Shown in pieces: positions 31,270 to 34,991 of a DNA stretch of 34,991 bases. This DNA is from Blastocystis sp. subtype 4 (Eukaryota), in contig NW_014569449.1 in the NCBI RefSeq assembly GCF_000743755.1, forward strand, positions 1 through 34,991, in the 5' to 3' direction. Made by a program: the position numbers and the translations under genes. Every line of letters starts with the position of its first letter. Positions within the stretch are counted from its first letter, which is position 1. The notes below the pieces were generated by a model, which saw only the letters and a program-made list of their open reading frames with translations, was not told where the DNA came from and did not search any database.

Positions 31270-33544
31270 ATGGAGCAAGAACAGGATTGGGTTGATATTA
31301 CAGCGTTGGTGAAGGAAGCTGCAAGCGAATTGGAAGAAGGAATTTTCATCGCTGCTCCTGATTTCAACTATGAGGCGTCGATGCGTTCTATTGATATTAC
31401 GGATCCGAAAATTGATACTGGTATCGATGCTATGAGTATTAAATCGGTAACCTATCAAGTATCACACAGTTTGGAGTATCTATAGAGTAATCATGAGTAG
31501 ATCTTATTAATTGCTATTTATCGGATTCTGATCTCCTACGAGTTGCAGAAGCATTGTTTTCTTTCTTTTACGCTTGGTCAAAAGGAGAGTGTTTCAACCA
31601 TTGCTTTCTCCAGGTTCTTTACATGCACGACGAAGTAAGGAATTATCTCAGACAGAAAATATCCGAAATCAATCCAGCATGTCCTACAGAGGAAGATAAG
31701 CGGCTTTGTGTGTTATATTCCATTCTTCAGTCATATGTCAAGTTGATTTTTATTATCAAAAGATCAATGTACTGCTCAGGAGTTCATGAAGTAGAAATGA
31801 TGGATCTTTGCGATGTAGGCGGATGAGATGGATCTCTCGTTTGGGATTACGGAAGAATCAGAAACAATACAATTTGATCCAGTTGATTCCTTTCTTGCAA
31901 CAAAGAATACTTCCATTGAACAATTAAAACTTCATTTCCTGTTTGTCCGTCGACTCACCGTCTTATTTGACAATATTATCTCAGGAACCAAGGAGTCGCT
32001 CTCGCATGTTCAAGCTCAGCTAATGCAATTCTCCACTACTTTGACTAATCTTGTTAATATTCAAGTATTCAGTCATCTATAGAGGACCCATTATGAGAAG
32101 GATGTCTCCATTACAAGTTGTGACTTTATTGACGAACGTTACACGAAATTCTCTCCTACAAATGCTCCATCTCGTAATCCTCCACTCGTTCCACTCCATA
32201 AAGTTGAGTTTGATTCTTGTGATGATTTCCAGATTCTTGATGATTTGAAGGAGGAAGTTGTACTGATAACAGACTACTCGAAATTGCTCACATCTCGTTG
32301 TGACTTACTGCTCCTTATCCGAGAATTGCCAGTATTATCCCTATATTCGTTGATTCCATATTTTCGCTCATTTCTTTATCTCTGTTTCATTGCTACTTAT
32401 CCAGTCCAGAAGGATCAACTCGATCTCTTGAGTCGAAGTGAACACATCGATCTTACTGTTCTTCGATCCAAAGCTTTCGGACCATTACTCGACGCATTAT
32501 CTTCTGCATGAAATCGATATGAATATGACAACTAGAATGTAACTTCTCTGATTCAGAGCCTTCTTTTCACCTCATGTGGAATTCATCGCAAAATCTCATT
32601 TCTCATCAAATCATGGATTGATTTATCTTCTACTGTAAGCCTTATGAAATGAATTTCATCTAGTTACTTGAAATTACGAAGACAAAGAAAAAGGATAATG
32701 GTGATGATTTCAGTCAAGATGAAATACACAAGCTAACGTACTTCCCCTATTTAGTTGCATTTTATTTGGGAGTATTGAGTGTTCATTATGAGATTCTACT
32801 TGGAATTGTCTCGAAAACAGAGTTGGCAATGACATTGTGGTTCTTGGATAACATGATTCAACAGTGCAAGGAATGGGAAACCAAATATATTACTTGTAAG
32901 AAAAAGAATTGTGTGAAGAATAGTGCCTGTTTCTGACAAGACGAAAACAAAGGGTAAATCGAAGAAAGCACCAAAAACTCGCCAATTAGCTGTCACACCT
33001 CTAATCACGGGTTACTGGGACTTTTTCTTGTATTATGGTCGAGGTCTTCTATTTGTTTGTTTTTTGGGAGGATGTGATAATTAGATGATCATGGCTTGTA
33101 TGAAGGTAAAGTTACTGAAACAAGGAAATCCAACGTTTGGATCCATGGATATCCTCTTTTCGCAGCGGATCAATACTGTGATTCAATCTGGTCTAATGCC
33201 AAGACCGCAGTATGATGATTTTATCCTTATCTTCAATAACGAGGAGTACTCCGCCGAAAAGCTCATAACTGGAAGTGTAATGTACATGAAACGCTGTCAA
33301 GAACTGATTGAATCACTAAGGAAAGATGCTTCTGTGGTATGCTCCACTTTCAATAGTGAGAACTGCAGAAGATATCAAAGAGTAAGATAGTGAGGAGCCT
33401 GAGAACTAGGCAACGTTGATGAATATTCTAGCTTCAAAGCAACTTGAAACTGCGATAAAAGATCCTTCAAAAGAATCTCAGTTGGAAGTGTCTATCGAGT
33501 TATCCACTACACTTTTGCCGACAATGAAGGTTATGAAACAATGA
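31270..33544 (+). CDS. NAA35: NatC auxiliary subunit NAA35/Mak10, many short introns
   Basis: N-terminal WVDITALVKEAASELEEG...EASMRSIDITDPKIDTG matches the Mak10 signature WVDIT...EAMSAIExxDPKMDxG. Downstream exons run to TGA 33542-33544. An alternative in-frame ATG is at 31234. Confidence 0.85.
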
Positions 33545-33546
33545 GG

Positions 33547-33564
33547 TTTGTTTGTTTGTTTGTT
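33547..33564 (+). terminator. (TTTG)4 array containing overlapping TGTTTGTT poly(A) elements after NAA35
   Basis: TGA-GGTT-TGTTTGTTTGTTTGTT; the first motif starts 4 nt after the stop. Confidence 0.8.
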
Positions 33565-33578
33565 GGTACAATCCTCTT

Positions 33579-34892
33579 ATGCCGATTCCACCAAAAGCTA
33601 CAATCGTTTCTAGTTGTGGAAAGGCCCGATGTTTGTCATTCAACTCGGTCCAAACACCTTCGATTCTGCTTCAAACAAGAACTTGCTTTCAACCCTATCT
33701 GACACTTGGTATGCCTTGAGAACTGTGACTTGATATCCAAGATATGCTTCAAAAGCTTCCAGAAAAGCCTCTATTTTCGATTGCCATTGGTGACTTGTTG
33801 GCATCTTACTTTAATTCTAATCAATAGAAACCACTTTTCAAAGATCATCAAGGATTCAGGAAAAGGTATTAAGGACTTTACAGCTCTGAAGGAGTATTAT
33901 GTCCATATCCAACTACGGAATGTGGAATCTTTCCCTGTATAACCTATTATCGTTTCCTAATATAGACTCCTAGAGCGACTGATGAGACAGTCGGAGTGAG
34001 TACAACTGAGGGAAACCGTGACGTTACTATTGATGACTATTTGGATATGATGAATTATCTTAGATGTGATTCCTTCGTCTCCTTCAATGATGAGGTCCAA
34101 CTAAGTGTTGGAAAGAGACGTGGAAAGCAGAGTGTGTTTCGAAACAAGGACTGGCTTCAAAGACACGTTCAAAAGGCAGATGAGAGTCAAGGAGGAATCA
34201 TTGCCAATATTCAAGTCACTGACAATACCCAGCTTTTAGACGAACAACTAGAGATCGTGAAGCAGAATGCGAATTCGATTCTTGGTATCAACATAGCTGG
34301 TTTGTATCTTGGTGAGAATAGCCAGCAGCGCAGTTCTCTTCTACAGTATGTTATCTCTTCAATTCCAGAAAACTTGGTTCGTTTTGTCACGGGTCCCAAT
34401 ACTCCATTCGAAGTATTGGAATCCATGCGTCAGGGAATCGATCTAACTGTTTGCTCGTATCCTATAGATCTTGCAGAAAAAGCATATCTCTCTTGGTAAG
34501 TGAGTGAAGAGATAGTGACATGTAGTTACTGGAATGGAGGTTCTGTGTATATTAATCGTATCAAATGAATAAGAGTGTTAATTATAGAGAAATCAAAGTT
34601 GAATCTGATGGATACGATCTATGAGAATGACAAGTCTCCACTGATGGAAAACTGTGATTGCTACGCTTGTAAGCACTTTACAAAGGGTTATTTGCATCAT
34701 TTATTCAATTGTCATGAATTGTTGGGAGTGATCTTATTGTAAGTGAATGAAAGAAGAATAATGTTAAGAACTCAACACAATATTCATCATTTCATACAAT
34801 TTATGTCCAATGCACGACAGAGCATTGCAACGAATGAGTTTGATAAATTTTATGAAGACTTCATGAAGAATTGTAGTGAATCGTCTCTTTGA
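33579..34892 (+). CDS. QTRT2: Queuine tRNA-ribosyltransferase accessory subunit, multi-exon
   Basis: TGT fold with PFEVLESMRQGIDL and Zn motif PLMENCDCYACKHFTKGYLHHLFNCHELLG...HNIHHF. The catalytic-subunit DSGG motif is not seen, which fits the accessory subunit. Confidence 0.88.
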
Positions 34893-34894
34893 TG

Positions 34895-34902
34895 TGTTTG
34901 TT
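34895..34902 (+). terminator. TGTTTGTT polyadenylation element of QTRT2
   Basis: T|GATG|TGTTTGTT: the motif is 4 nt after the T of the genomic TGA. Confidence 0.8.
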
Positions 34903-34924
34903 TCTATTCATCTTATTCATTAAC

Positions 34925-34932
34925 AACAAACA
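34925..34932 (-). terminator. TGTTTGTT polyadenylation element of the incoming minus-strand gene
   Basis: Perfect motif 8 nt after the TAG at 34943-34941. Confidence 0.7.
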
Positions 34933-34940
34933 CACCACAT

Positions 34941-34991
34941 CTAAATCCCCAACTCATTCTCCTGATTCGCCAGCTCTAACAACATCGCTTC
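34941..34991 (-). CDS. 3' tip of an unidentified gene entering from the right edge
   Basis: Frame ...EAMLLELANQENELGI* followed by the poly(A) element. Confidence 0.55.
   Translation of the reverse strand, partial: EAMLLELANQENELGI

Noticed and set aside
19235..31458. Numerous short alternative-frame and antisense ORFs over dynein
   Set aside because: They are expected shadows of a long coding region with no independent motifs.
3186..33390. Apparent frameshifts, premature stops or a non-standard genetic code in fragmented ORFs
   Set aside because: The breaks examined are resolved by GT-AG introns of about 30 nt under the standard code.
1..34991. Prokaryotic or phage systems (CRISPR, operons, IS elements)
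   Set aside because: The gene content and spliceosomal introns are eukaryotic. No repeat-spacer array or transposase was seen.

Overview
This is eukaryotic nuclear DNA, not prokaryotic. It is a very compact, AT-rich segment with many GT-AG introns of about 30-35 nt, intergenic gaps often under 100 bp, and a TGTTTGTT-type element just after nearly every gene end. That combination is the known signature of Blastocystis (the taxon is inferred). After manual splicing the gene order is: two tandem atypical intronless Hsp70s (-), LSm5 (-), protein-only RNase P PRORP (+), a prefoldin/PDRG1-like gene (-), a box C/D RNA whose guide pairs with U2 snRNA (-), ZC3H15/Tma46 (-), a bromodomain-ET protein (+), Hsp110 with a perfect heat-shock element (+), SRP9 (-, absent from the ORF track), a second weaker C/D RNA candidate (+), three paralogous Cys-rich type-I membrane protein genes of unknown family (+), an RBM5/10-like gene (-), cytoplasmic dynein heavy chain (+), NAA35 (+), QTRT2 (+) and the 3' tip of another gene (-). 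The main observations are these. (1) Several genes have no genomic stop at their likely end and would get UAA from polyadenylation; the membrane-protein triplet shows TAA in copy 1 but TCA at the same codon in copies 2 and 3. (2) An apparently unannotated C/D guide RNA is predicted to methylate U2 C28. (3) Stop-free 30-nt introns are frequent and are read through by the ORF track. (4) Both tandem families show mosaic gene-conversion patterns. All splice and cleavage sites were inferred by eye and need RNA data.
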